Source of the DNA: Candidatus Avispirillum sp.
Lineage (GTDB): Bacteria; Bacillota; Clostridia; Oscillospirales; CAG-272
Assembly: GCA_045656825.1 (NCBI GenBank)
Contig: JAZORY010000031.1
Location: 477 to 64,476, forward strand
Length of the DNA stretch: 64,000 nt
Direction of reading: 5' to 3'
Part shown: positions 8,669-17,482 of the stretch, piece by piece
Layout of the letters: each line of letters starts with the position of its first letter
Numbering within the stretch: position 1 is the first letter of the stretch
Position numbers and translations under genes: made by a program
Notes under the pieces: generated by a model
What the model saw: only the letters and a program-made list of their open reading frames with translations
Database searches by the model: none
Told to the model about the DNA's origin: nothing

Positions 8669-10903
8669 ATGGCAAAGAAGAAAAAGGTGGAAAAGATAGA
8701 ATTGCCGCAGGCTCCTGCTATTGATCAGCCTATCACGGAAACAATTGAAAAAAACTATATGCCCTATGCTATGAGCGTTATAGTTTCCCGCGCAATTCCC
8801 GAAATCGACGGCTTCAAGCCCTCCCACCGTAAGCTGCTTTATACAATGTATAAAATGGGACTTCTAAGCGGAGCCCGTACAAAAAGCGCGAACATTGTTG
8901 GTCAGACTATGCGTCTTAACCCACATGGTGATGCTTCTATATATGAAACAATGGTGCGACTCACACGCGGTAACGAGAGCTTGCTCCATCCCTTTATAGA
9001 TTCAAAGGGTTCATTTGGTAAGCAGTATAGCAGAGATATGGCTTTTGCCGCTTCACGATATACGGAGGCAAGACTTGATCCTATCTGTAACGAGCTCTTC
9101 TCAGGTATAGATAAAAATGCAGTTGATCTTGTTCCAAACTACGACAACTCAACAACAGAGCCTGCCCTCCTGCCTACAACTTTCCCTAACGTTCTTGTAA
9201 CACCCAATATGGGTATTGCAGTTGGTATGGCATCTCAGATATGCTCGTTTAATCTTGGCGAAGTTTGTGACGGAACGATCGCCCTCTTGAAAAATCCTAA
9301 GCTGACAACGGATAAGATGCTTGATCTTATCAAGGCTCCCGATTTTGCAGGCGGAGCGATGCTCATTTATGATAGAGAGCAGCTTAAAAGCATATATGAA
9401 ACAGGCCGCGGAAGCGTTCGTCTGCGCTCAAGATATAGCTATGATAAGGAAAACAACTGCATCGATATTCTTCAGATCCCTTATTCAACGTCCATTGAGG
9501 TTATCATAAAAAAGATAGTTGATCTTATTAAAGAGGGTAAGCTTAAGGAGGTAACTGATATCCGAGACGAAATCGGACTTGACGGATTCAGACTTACGAT
9601 CGATTTGCGCCGCGGAGTTGATCCCGATGCTCTTATGGCAAAGCTGTATAAGCTTACAACGCTTCAGGATGATTTCTCCTGCAACTTCAACGTGCTTATA
9701 GATTCCTCTCCTCGCCAGCTTGGTGTTGTAGATATTCTTCGTGAGTGGATACGATTCAGAATGAATTGCTTGTCCCGCGAGCTGACCTTTGAGCTTGGCA
9801 AGAAAAAGGATAAGCTTCATTTGCTGAAAGCCCTCAGTAAGATACTTCTTGATATTGATAAAGCCATAAAGATCATCCGTGAAACAGAAAAAGAGGCAGA
9901 CGTTGTGCCTAATTTGATGGCAGGCTTTGATATTGATAAAATGCAGGCAGAATACGTTGCAGAGATCAAGCTGCGCCACCTTAACCACGAGTATCTTATA
10001 AATCGAGTTAAGGAAATAGAAAATCTCCGCGCTGAGATTAAGGAGATTGAAGAAATCCTTGCTGATGAGATCAAGCTTAAGGCAGTTATTGCTGAGCAGC
10101 TGAAGAATATCAAAAAGAAATATGCCAAGCCCAGAAAAACTCAGCTTATATTTGCTGATGATATCGTTGAAACTCCCAAGGAAGAAGAAATCGAGAATTA
10201 TAATTGTCGAATAGTGCTCACGAGAGACGGATATTTCAAAAAGGTAACTCATCAATCACTAAGAGGCAACGACGAGCATAAACTGAAGGATGGAGACGAG
10301 ATCATCTGCAGCGAGGATGCACAGAACGTAGACGATCTGTTTGTTGTAACTGACAGATGCCACACCTATAAGGTGAAATTATCTATGTTTGAGCCTGTAA
10401 AGGCGTCGCTTATGGGTGATTATCTTCCCGCAAAGCTTGACTTTGAGGATGGAGAGAAGCCGCTTCTTATAAAGGCTGTAAATGATAGCTTCAAGCCTGA
10501 GCATCATATTATTTACGTGTTTGAAAATGGTAAGGGTGTAAGAATTCCCGTTTCAGCATACGAAACAAAATCAAACCGTAAAAAGCTCACCAATGCATAT
10601 AGCGGAGCATCTCCTATCGTAGCAGCGCTTTATGAGGGTGAGACGTGCGAGGTTCTTATCGGTAGTGATGCAGGAAAGGGAATCCTTATTAAATCCTCGC
10701 TCATTCCCGAAAAGACAACGAGAACAGCAGGAGGCGTAACGCTGTTCACTCTTAAGAAAAATCAGAAGGTCATTCTTGCAGTTAGCGGAGAACGACTTGG
10801 AAAATATGAGGGAGCATCAAAATGCAGAAAGATTAAAATTCCTGCAACGGGCAATCCCTTAACGATTCCCGATATTGCAGAAATGCAGATCGGTATAGAA
10901 TAA
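8669..10903 (+). CDS. Type IIA topoisomerase subunit A (GyrA/ParC family, probably topo IV-like)
   Basis: YAMSVIVSRAIPEIDGFKP, NPHGDASIY, catalytic AASRYTEARL, GIAVGMA; no recognisable QRRGGKG GyrA box. Confidence 0.9.
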   Translation: MAKKKKVEKIELPQAPAIDQPITETIEKNYMPYAMSVIVSRAIPEIDGFKPSHRKLLYTMYKMGLLSGARTKSANIVGQTMRLNPHGDASIYETMVRLTRGNESLLHPFIDSKGSFGKQYSRDMAFAASRYTEARLDPICNELFSGIDKNAVDLVPNYDNSTTEPALLPTTFPNVLVTPNMGIAVGMASQICSFNLGEVCDGTIALLKNPKLTTDKMLDLIKAPDFAGGAMLIYDREQLKSIYETGRGSVRLRSRYSYDKENNCIDILQIPYSTSIEVIIKKIVDLIKEGKLKEVTDIRDEIGLDGFRLTIDLRRGVDPDALMAKLYKLTTLQDDFSCNFNVLIDSSPRQLGVVDILREWIRFRMNCLSRELTFELGKKKDKLHLLKALSKILLDIDKAIKIIRETEKEADVVPNLMAGFDIDKMQAEYVAEIKLRHLNHEYLINRVKEIENLRAEIKEIEEILADEIKLKAVIAEQLKNIKKKYAKPRKTQLIFADDIVETPKEEEIENYNCRIVLTRDGYFKKVTHQSLRGNDEHKLKDGDEIICSEDAQNVDDLFVVTDRCHTYKVKLSMFEPVKASLMGDYLPAKLDFEDGEKPLLIKAVNDSFKPEHHIIYVFENGKGVRIPVSAYETKSNRKKLTNAYSGASPIVAALYEGETCEVLIGSDAGKGILIKSSLIPEKTTRTAGGVTLFTLKKNQKVILAVSGERLGKYEGASKCRKIKIPATGNPLTIPDIAEMQIGIE

Positions 10904-10931
10904 TCAGAATAGAAAGGTAAGTGAAGTTGAA

Positions 10932-11039
10932 ATGCAGAAAAAATCAGTTAAAACAGTAATTCGCGTTATCGCTATTGTATTAGTAGCGTTGATGGTGCTC
11001 AGCTGCGCTTCAGTGGTGGTTCCGTTCTTGTTTGGCTGA
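10932..11039 (+). CDS. Small (35 aa) single-pass membrane peptide, DUF4044/Prli42-like architecture
   Basis: MQKKSVKTVIRVIAIVLVALMVLSCASVVVPFLFG: basic N-terminus plus hydrophobic helix; AAAGGT upstream; not in the ORF track. Confidence 0.65.
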   Translation: MQKKSVKTVIRVIAIVLVALMVLSCASVVVPFLFG

Positions 11040-11072
11040 TTTTCAATATCCTCATATGGAGTTTGATTTTCA

Positions 11073-12245
11073 GTGAATTATCAAAAAACCAAATCGGCGT
11101 GTTATATGGGATTTGTAACTCACGCCATAGCAGTAAACCTGGCTCCGCTTTTGTTCGCTTGTTTTAGGCGTACATATGAGGTGAAGCTGGGTTTTCTTGC
11201 TTTTTTAACTTTTATGACTTTTGCGGTTCAGATATTAGTGGACCTTTGCTGTGTAAAAATTATGGGAAAGCTTAGCCTAAGAACGCTTGCGGTTGCAAGT
11301 CAGTATTTGTGTGCAGTCGGACTTATAATGCTTGCTGTCTTGCCCGATATGATGATGCCGGAGGCGGCGTTTCTTTTATCAGCGCTTTTTTATTCAGTTG
11401 GAAGCGGAATGGCTGAAGTGGTGATGTCTCCTCTGATTGAAGCAATTCCAAGCGAAAATCAAAGAGGCTCGTCGCTTTCGTTACTACATTCTTTTTATTC
11501 ATGGGGGCACGCCCTTGTTATCATTGTAACAACCTTGCTGTTGTATGCATTGGATGATGACTTGTGGTTTTTGATTCCGTTGGCTTGGTCCGCCGTTCCA
11601 CTTTCTTGCGCGGTAAAATTTAGTAAAGTTCCTGTTCCTGACTTGGCGTACGAGGTGCAGGAGGATATAGATTCTGTTTTTATTAAGAGCAAAGGTTTTG
11701 TGGCATTTATGGTGCTGATGCTGTGCTCAGGAGCAAGCGAGCAGATAATGGCACAATGGTCGTCATATTATGCTGAAGTGGCACTTGGTGTTTCAAAAAT
11801 GTCCGGTGATCTGCTCGGACCGCTGTTATTTGCGGTAACTATGGCTTTGGGAAGAACTGTTTATGGAATAATAGGATCGAAAATCAAGCTTGGAAAATGG
11901 CTTTTGATATTTTCTTTGTTTACAGCTGGATGCTTTTTAACGGCGGCTCTCAGTCCATTTCCGATAATAAGCCTTCTGGCAATAGGAGCATCAGGTGTAG
12001 GTATTAGTATTTTGTGGCCCGGTGTGCTATCTGTTGCAAAAACAAAATATTCCGGCAGAGCATCAATATTTGCTTTCCTTGCTTTCGGTGGCGACGTTGG
12101 ATGTGCTCTTGGCCCATTTATGTGCGGATATGTATCGGATATTTTTGCAGGTGATCATTCGCTTTCGATAGGGATACTTTCTGGGGCTCTTTTTCCGATT
12201 GCTCTCATTATCGGCGTTATAGCTATAAATAAAAGAAATAAGTAA
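11073..12245 (+). CDS. MFS transporter (FucP/YfkF-like)
   Basis: About 12 hydrophobic segments, LLHSFYSWG, SGASEQIMAQW, GDVGCALGP; GTG start with GGAG RBS. Confidence 0.85.
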   Translation: MNYQKTKSACYMGFVTHAIAVNLAPLLFACFRRTYEVKLGFLAFLTFMTFAVQILVDLCCVKIMGKLSLRTLAVASQYLCAVGLIMLAVLPDMMMPEAAFLLSALFYSVGSGMAEVVMSPLIEAIPSENQRGSSLSLLHSFYSWGHALVIIVTTLLLYALDDDLWFLIPLAWSAVPLSCAVKFSKVPVPDLAYEVQEDIDSVFIKSKGFVAFMVLMLCSGASEQIMAQWSSYYAEVALGVSKMSGDLLGPLLFAVTMALGRTVYGIIGSKIKLGKWLLIFSLFTAGCFLTAALSPFPIISLLAIGASGVGISILWPGVLSVAKTKYSGRASIFAFLAFGGDVGCALGPFMCGYVSDIFAGDHSLSIGILSGALFPIALIIGVIAINKRNK

Positions 12246-12250
12246 AAATA

Positions 12251-12287
12251 AAAAATCTTGCACAGCAGAAGGCTATGCAAGATTTTT
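12251..12287. terminator. Bidirectional intrinsic terminator
   Basis: AAAAATCTTGCA...TGCAAGATTTTT between convergent genes. Confidence 0.75.
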
Positions 12288-12290
12288 ATT

Positions 12291-12443
12291 TTATTCTTTG
12301 TGGCAGCTTTCTTTGAAAGCACAGCCTCCGCATCCGCAAGAGCAGGAGTGCTTGCCGTTTTTCTTTTTGATGATTTCGTTAACCACGATAGCTATGAATA
12401 TAATTGCAACTATCGATGCAACGATGATTGTTGGAGCGTTCAT
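12291..12443 (-). CDS. FeoB-associated Cys-rich membrane protein
   Basis: MNAPTIIVASIVAIIFIAIVVNEIIKKKNGKHSCSCGCGGCAFKESCHKE directly after feoB. Confidence 0.88.
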   Translation of the reverse strand: MNAPTIIVASIVAIIFIAIVVNEIIKKKNGKHSCSCGCGGCAFKESCHKE

Positions 12444-12454
12444 ATGTAACCTTT

Positions 12455-14599
12455 TTATTTGTTGAATTTGTTGGGACGGACAAGAAGCCAGATAAGAACT
12501 GCAAGAACGATAAATGCAAAGGCTGTTGCAATATTGAACGTGCCGCCTGCAATAAGAGATCCGATCTGGAAAACCATAAGGGAAACAGCGTAAGCGAAAA
12601 CGCACATATAGGCAATTGCTCCTGCAGACCATTTCCAGTTGTTCATTTCGCGTCTGATAGCACCCATAGCTGCAAAGCAGGGAGCGCAGAGAAGATTGAA
12701 TATCATAAATGAGAAGCCTGCAAGCTTGTTTCCGCCGAAAATTTCATAGCCTATAAGAGCAAGCTTGGATGATTCTCCTGATTCGATCAGCTCAAATGCA
12801 AGATCAGAGCTTGCCATAGACGTGAGAGATCCGAACACACCTGCAACCTCTTCCTTAGCAACAAGACCAAGAATAGTTGCAACGGCTGCCTGCCAAGTGC
12901 CAAATCCAAGGGGCTTGAAGATAAGGGCAATTGCTGAGCCTATAACGTTCAGAACGGAAGCTTCGTCTCCTGTGATATAGTGGAGCCCACCTTCGAAGGA
13001 AAGGCTGTTAAATATCCAGATGAGCATACTTGCTGCAAGAATAACAGTTCCTGCGCGCTTGATAAATGACCATCCGCGATCCCAGGTCGTTCTGAAAACA
13101 TTGCTTGCAACGGGAGCGTGATAGGAAGGAAGCTCCATAACGAAGGGAGCTGGATCTCCTGCAAAAAGCTTAGTTTTCTTGAGTATAATACCTGAAACAA
13201 TAACAGCAGCAATTCCTATAAAGTAAGCAGCTGTTGCAACCCAGGAGCTACCGCCGAAGAGAGCGCCTGCAATAAGACCAACAATGGGCATTTTAGCGCT
13301 GCAAGGGATGAATCCAGTTGTCATAATTGTGATCTTTCTGTCGCGGTCCTGTTCGATAGTGCGGCTTGCCATAATGCCGGGAACTCCGCATCCGCTTGCG
13401 ATAAGCATAGGGATAAAGCTTTTTCCTGAAAGACCAAACTTGCGGAAAAGCTTATCCATAATAAATGCCACTCGGGACATATATCCGCAGTCCTCAAGAA
13501 GAGAAAGCATAATAAATAGAATGATCATCTGAGGAACGAATCCAAGAACAGATCCAACTCCGGAGAGAATACCGTCAGCAATAAGGCTGATAAGCCACTG
13601 AGCGCATCCTGCGCCCTCAAGCATAGTAACTGCGGAGGGAATTATCCACTCTCCGAAGAGCGTGTCGTTCATAAATCCAACCGTCCAATCACCGATCGTG
13701 CCGATAGAAAGAGTGTAAACGAATAGCATTATTGCCGCAAAAATAGGAAGGGCAAGTATTCTGTTGGTAAGCACGCGGTCTATTTTGTCCGAAACAGAGA
13801 GCTTACCTGCATTCTTTTTAACGTGGCACTGGGCAACGATCTTTGTAACGTATTCGTAGCGTTCGTTTGTGATAATTGCTTCGGCGTCATCATCAAGCTC
13901 TTCTTCAACTGCAACGATGTCGGCCTCAATGTGCTCAAGACGTTTAGCATCGAGGGAAAAGTCCTCAAGAAGCTTGTAGTCGCGTTCAAATATTTTGATA
14001 GCATACCATCTCTGCTGCTCCTCGGGGAGTGAGTGAACAGTTGCTTCCTCAATGTGAGCGATGGCGTGTTCAACGGTACCCGAGAATATGTGGCGGGGAA
14101 TGATCTTTCCAAGCTTAGCCGCTTCAATAGCAGCTTCAGCAGCTTCGTGAATTCCGTCGCCCTTAAGAGCTGAAATTTCAACTATTTTGCAGCCCATTCT
14201 CTTGCTGAGCTTTTCTATATCAATGATATCTCCGTTCTTGCGTACGATATCCATCATATTGATAGCAATAACAACGGGAATTCCCAGCTCCATAAGCTGA
14301 GTTGTGAGATAAAGGTTTCTCTCAAGATTTGTACCGTCAACTATGTTAAGAATAGCGTCGGGACGCTCTCCTATAAGATAATTTCTGGCAACAACCTCTT
14401 CAAGAGTGTAGGGGGACAGGGAATAGATGCCGGGCAGGTCGGTTGCAATAACGTCATCGTACCCTTTGATCTTTCCTTCCTTTTTTTCAACCGTAACACC
14501 GGGCCAGTTACCAACGTATTGGTTTGAGCCGGTGAGCGCATTGAACATTGTAGTCTTGCCGCAGTTAGGATTGCCTGCAAGTGCAATTGTTATTTTCAT
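12455..14599 (-). CDS. feoB: Ferrous iron transport protein B
   Basis: GNPNCGKT, GNWPGVTVEKK, DLPGIYSL GTPase motifs plus membrane gate domains. Confidence 0.97.
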   Translation of the reverse strand: MKITIALAGNPNCGKTTMFNALTGSNQYVGNWPGVTVEKKEGKIKGYDDVIATDLPGIYSLSPYTLEEVVARNYLIGERPDAILNIVDGTNLERNLYLTTQLMELGIPVVIAINMMDIVRKNGDIIDIEKLSKRMGCKIVEISALKGDGIHEAAEAAIEAAKLGKIIPRHIFSGTVEHAIAHIEEATVHSLPEEQQRWYAIKIFERDYKLLEDFSLDAKRLEHIEADIVAVEEELDDDAEAIITNERYEYVTKIVAQCHVKKNAGKLSVSDKIDRVLTNRILALPIFAAIMLFVYTLSIGTIGDWTVGFMNDTLFGEWIIPSAVTMLEGAGCAQWLISLIADGILSGVGSVLGFVPQMIILFIMLSLLEDCGYMSRVAFIMDKLFRKFGLSGKSFIPMLIASGCGVPGIMASRTIEQDRDRKITIMTTGFIPCSAKMPIVGLIAGALFGGSSWVATAAYFIGIAAVIVSGIILKKTKLFAGDPAPFVMELPSYHAPVASNVFRTTWDRGWSFIKRAGTVILAASMLIWIFNSLSFEGGLHYITGDEASVLNVIGSAIALIFKPLGFGTWQAAVATILGLVAKEEVAGVFGSLTSMASSDLAFELIESGESSKLALIGYEIFGGNKLAGFSFMIFNLLCAPCFAAMGAIRREMNNWKWSAGAIAYMCVFAYAVSLMVFQIGSLIAGGTFNIATAFAFIVLAVLIWLLVRPNKFNK

Positions 14600-14614
14600 T
14601 AAAATCTCCTTATT

Positions 14615-14630
14615 GTTAGCGGATGCTAAC
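14615..14630. promoter_or_regulatory. Palindromic operator, copy 3 (between feoA and feoB)
   Basis: GTTAGC-ggat-GCTAAC. Confidence 0.7.
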
Positions 14631-14662
14631 CGATATCCAAAAATAAAGTATGAGAGGGTAGA

Positions 14663-14884
14663 TTATTCAACCTCAATCATCTCGGCATCAGCTTTTCTGA
14701 TAGAAAGCTCGTATCCGCGAACAGTTATTTCAAGAGGGTCTCCGAGGGGAGCAACCTTGCGGATGCAAAGCTCAACGCCCTTTGTGATGCCCATATCCAT
14801 AATTCTGCGCTTGACAGCTCCTTCGCCGTGAAGCTTGATAACCTTAACGGGCTTTCCGATTTTTATATCCTTAAGAGTTTTCAT
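14663..14884 (-). CDS. feoA: Ferrous iron transport protein A
   Basis: KRRIMDMGITKG, VAPLGDPLEITVRGYELSIRK. Confidence 0.96.
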   Translation of the reverse strand: MKTLKDIKIGKPVKVIKLHGEGAVKRRIMDMGITKGVELCIRKVAPLGDPLEITVRGYELSIRKADAEMIEVE

Positions 14885-14913
14885 TTTGAAAACCTCCTTT
14901 AGTTTGGTTTGTT

Positions 14914-14965
14914 GGTTAGCGTGTGCTAACCGAACCGCCTATTAAAAGGTTAGCCTGTGCTAACC
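14914..14965. promoter_or_regulatory. Two tandem palindromic operators (DtxR/IdeR-like) upstream of feoA
   Basis: GGTTAGC-gtgt-GCTAACC (14914-14931) and GGTTAGC-ctgt-GCTAACC (14948-14965). Confidence 0.75.
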
Positions 14966-14971
14966 ATATTT

Positions 14972-15000
14972 ATGATACTACTAAGAGAAAGTTTTGTCAA
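14972..15000 (-). promoter_or_regulatory. sigmaA-type promoter for feoA-feoB
   Basis: TTGACA-N17-TATCAT on the minus strand, immediately followed by an operator palindrome. Confidence 0.75.
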
Positions 15001-15048
15001 TAAAATTTTCGGCAGTTTTCCTTTTTTGGTAAATTGTACAAATGAATG

Positions 15049-15077
15049 TTTACAAAAGTCGAATATTGTGGTATACT
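15049..15077 (+). promoter_or_regulatory. sigmaA-type promoter abutting the start codon
   Basis: TTTACA-N17-TATACT with TG extension; ATG 7 nt after the -10. Confidence 0.65.
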
Positions 15078-15084
15078 TTTTCGT

Positions 15085-15861
15085 ATGAAAAAAGGAATAT
15101 TTTTGTATTTTGGTTTTGATTTAGACGCGTATGAGCGAATCGATATGATCTGCGAAGCAGGCTTTGATTCAGTAATGATGTGGGCTGCCGACGAGGATCT
15201 TGCAGATACAGTATCATATGCAAGAAGCAAAGGGCTGTATGTTTCAAATGCCCATCTGCCTTTTAGGAATATCAACTGCATTTGGGAGGAAGGAGAAGCA
15301 GGGGATATAATGGCAGAGGAGTTCTGCCGACTTATCAGAGTATGCGGAGAGCTTCTGATTCCGACAGTCGTTTATCATGTTTCCAGCTCTTTCACTCCAC
15401 CTCCATATAATATGAAGGGGATCGAGAGAATCAGAAAGGTTGTTCAGGTGGCAGAGGAGTCCGGTGTTGACGTTGCGTTTGAAAATCTTCGTCGAATTGA
15501 TTATTTGCAGTACGTATATGATAACGTTCCCTCAGTCAGAGCGAAGTTCTGCTACGATTGCGGACATCATAACTATCTTTGTCCTGAGCTTGATTTGCTT
15601 GAAATGTTTGGAGACAGATTGGTTGCAGTCCATCTGCATGATAATTTTGGAGACTACGATTGGCATATGCTGCCTTTTGATGCAAAGGTTGATTACAATA
15701 GGGTAACCAAAGGTCTAAAGTCTGTGGGATATAACGGTCCTGTGTCCTTGGAGGTACATCAGGACGTGCACGAGATGTATAAGGATTATACAGCGGAGCA
15801 GTTTGTGAGTGAAGCTTTTGAAAAAGCGATTACACTTGAAAAAATGGTCGAAAGTTGGTAA
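15085..15861 (+). CDS. Sugar phosphate isomerase/epimerase (xylose-isomerase-like TIM barrel)
   Basis: VAFENL, CYDCGH, VHLHDNFG..D.H..PFD, SLEV metal-binding motifs. Confidence 0.85.
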   Translation: MKKGIFLYFGFDLDAYERIDMICEAGFDSVMMWAADEDLADTVSYARSKGLYVSNAHLPFRNINCIWEEGEAGDIMAEEFCRLIRVCGELLIPTVVYHVSSSFTPPPYNMKGIERIRKVVQVAEESGVDVAFENLRRIDYLQYVYDNVPSVRAKFCYDCGHHNYLCPELDLLEMFGDRLVAVHLHDNFGDYDWHMLPFDAKVDYNRVTKGLKSVGYNGPVSLEVHQDVHEMYKDYTAEQFVSEAFEKAITLEKMVESW

Positions 15862-15877
15862 AAATAAGCAAAGTTTG

Positions 15878-15906
15878 TTGACATTACAACTGGTTTAATG
15901 TATAAT
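15878..15906 (+). promoter_or_regulatory. Consensus sigmaA promoter for the DMT transporter
   Basis: TTGACA-N17-TATAAT. Confidence 0.8.
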
Positions 15907-15937
15907 TACCAAAGAAATTTAATCCTTGTGAGGAAAT

Positions 15938-16009
15938 ATGAAGAATAGTTTGGCATTTTGTGAAACCCGAATTCAGAAATGCTATCCTTATTTTTATCTG
16001 AGCGGCTGA
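15938..16009 (+). CDS. Candidate leader peptide/uORF (23 aa)
   Basis: GAGGA RBS then MKNSLAFCETRIQKCYPYFYLSG* within the ~150 nt leader of the DMT gene. Confidence 0.4.
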   Translation: MKNSLAFCETRIQKCYPYFYLSG

Positions 16010-16067
16010 CTTTGATTATTGAATATCATCGCAGTTAAAACAGTATAAATTTAAGGAGATTATAATA

Positions 16068-16991
16068 ATGAATTGGTTTTGGTTTGCAATTTTAGCACTT
16101 ATTTGTTGGTCAGGATCTGACCTGTTTTCAAAGATTGGTTGTCGTGATAGCGATGACAAAACAAGCCATCTGAAGATGGTAACAGCAGTTGGTGTTGTAA
16201 TGGGTCTTCACGCAGCGTATGAGATTTTCATCGGCGGCGTTGAGATTTCATGGGACGTTATCTTTACGTATCTTCCCGTTTCTGCTCTTTATATCCTTTC
16301 CATGACTATCGGTTATATGGGCCTTCGCTATATCGAGCTTTCCATTTCATCCCCCATCTGCAACTCTTCCGGCGCACTTGTAGCAGTTATGGCTATCGGT
16401 ATGTCTCTTATCACTCGTGATACAGCGGGCATCAGCGTTCCTCAGATAATTGCAACAGCGCTTGTTTGTATCGGTGTAATCAGCCTTGGCTTTGTAGAAG
16501 CCAGAGAGGACGAGGAGGCTCGTCTTGCTCGTCAGTCAGCTTCAAACTATAAGTATTCCAAGTCTGTTCTGGCGATTCTTCTTCCTGTAATATATTGTGT
16601 GCTTGATGCAGCAGGAACCTTTGCAGATAGCCTTGTTCTTGAGAAGCTCAATGAAGATAGCGCAAACGTTGCATACGAGCTTACGTTCCTTGCTTGTGGT
16701 CTTGTTTGCCTTGCAATTCTTCTCATCAAGAGAGAAAAGTTCCAGACAAAGAGAGAAGCTCCCAAGTACGTTGGTGCGCTTTTCGAAACAGCAGGTCAGT
16801 TTGCATATATCTATGCGCTTGCAGATGAAGAGCACGTAGCAATGTCTGCTCCCATCATTTCCGCATATTGCCTTGCATCAGTTCTCTGGAGCCGTATTTT
16901 CCTCAAGGAAAAGCTTTCCTGGAAGCACTACGTTTCTATCGGAATTGCCGCAGTTGGTATCGTTGTACTCGGTGTGCTTGACGAATTATAA
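16068..16991 (+). CDS. EamA/DMT family transporter
   Basis: Two hydrophobic repeats, ELSISSPI, IFLKEKLS; AAGGAG RBS. Confidence 0.85.
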   Translation: MNWFWFAILALICWSGSDLFSKIGCRDSDDKTSHLKMVTAVGVVMGLHAAYEIFIGGVEISWDVIFTYLPVSALYILSMTIGYMGLRYIELSISSPICNSSGALVAVMAIGMSLITRDTAGISVPQIIATALVCIGVISLGFVEAREDEEARLARQSASNYKYSKSVLAILLPVIYCVLDAAGTFADSLVLEKLNEDSANVAYELTFLACGLVCLAILLIKREKFQTKREAPKYVGALFETAGQFAYIYALADEEHVAMSAPIISAYCLASVLWSRIFLKEKLSWKHYVSIGIAAVGIVVLGVLDEL

Positions 16992-17002
16992 TATGTTAAA
17001 CG

Positions 17003-17032
17003 AAAAAGTCCGCGTTAAGCGGACTTTTTTTT
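17003..17032. terminator. Bidirectional terminator overlapping the convergent stop codon
   Basis: AAAAAGTCCGC-gttaa-GCGGACTTTTTTTT. Confidence 0.75.
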
Positions 17033-17482
17033 GAGCTTATATTTAATTGCAAATAAGAATTTAACGAGAGAAGAAACCGCGATAATTCCCATTGCAAGAG
17101 CGAGAGCAAGCTCAACCGTGTAAAATGCTTTTGAGAAGAATGCGTACCATTCCTGATTTAAGGCAAATTTCATTGTGTAGTAAAGAGAGCCGCCGGGCAC
17201 GTGAGGAATGATTGCGGGAACGAGAAAGGTTGTTGTGGGAGTTTTCATAACTCTAGCAAGAACCTCAGCATAGGCTGCAACGAACGCTGCCGATAAGAAA
17301 TATCTGATAACCTCACTGTCAAACCATATCTGCAAAATAAGGCATAGACTCCAGGCGAATAATCCTCCAAGTCCAGCAAAGACAAGCTTTTTGCCGCGGA
17401 TATTATAGAGGATAGAAAATCCAAATGAGCCAATGGCGCCCATCAGGACCTGAATTATGCTGTTTATAATAATATCTTTCAT
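17015..17482 (-). CDS. Threonine/serine exporter ThrE family, small subunit (YjjB-like)
   Basis: KTPTTTFLVPAIIPHVPGGSLY; overlaps the stop of the upstream partner. Confidence 0.85.
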   Translation of the reverse strand: MKDIIINSIIQVLMGAIGSFGFSILYNIRGKKLVFAGLGGLFAWSLCLILQIWFDSEVIRYFLSAAFVAAYAEVLARVMKTPTTTFLVPAIIPHVPGGSLYYTMKFALNQEWYAFFSKAFYTVELALALAMGIIAVSSLVKFLFAIKYKLKKKSA

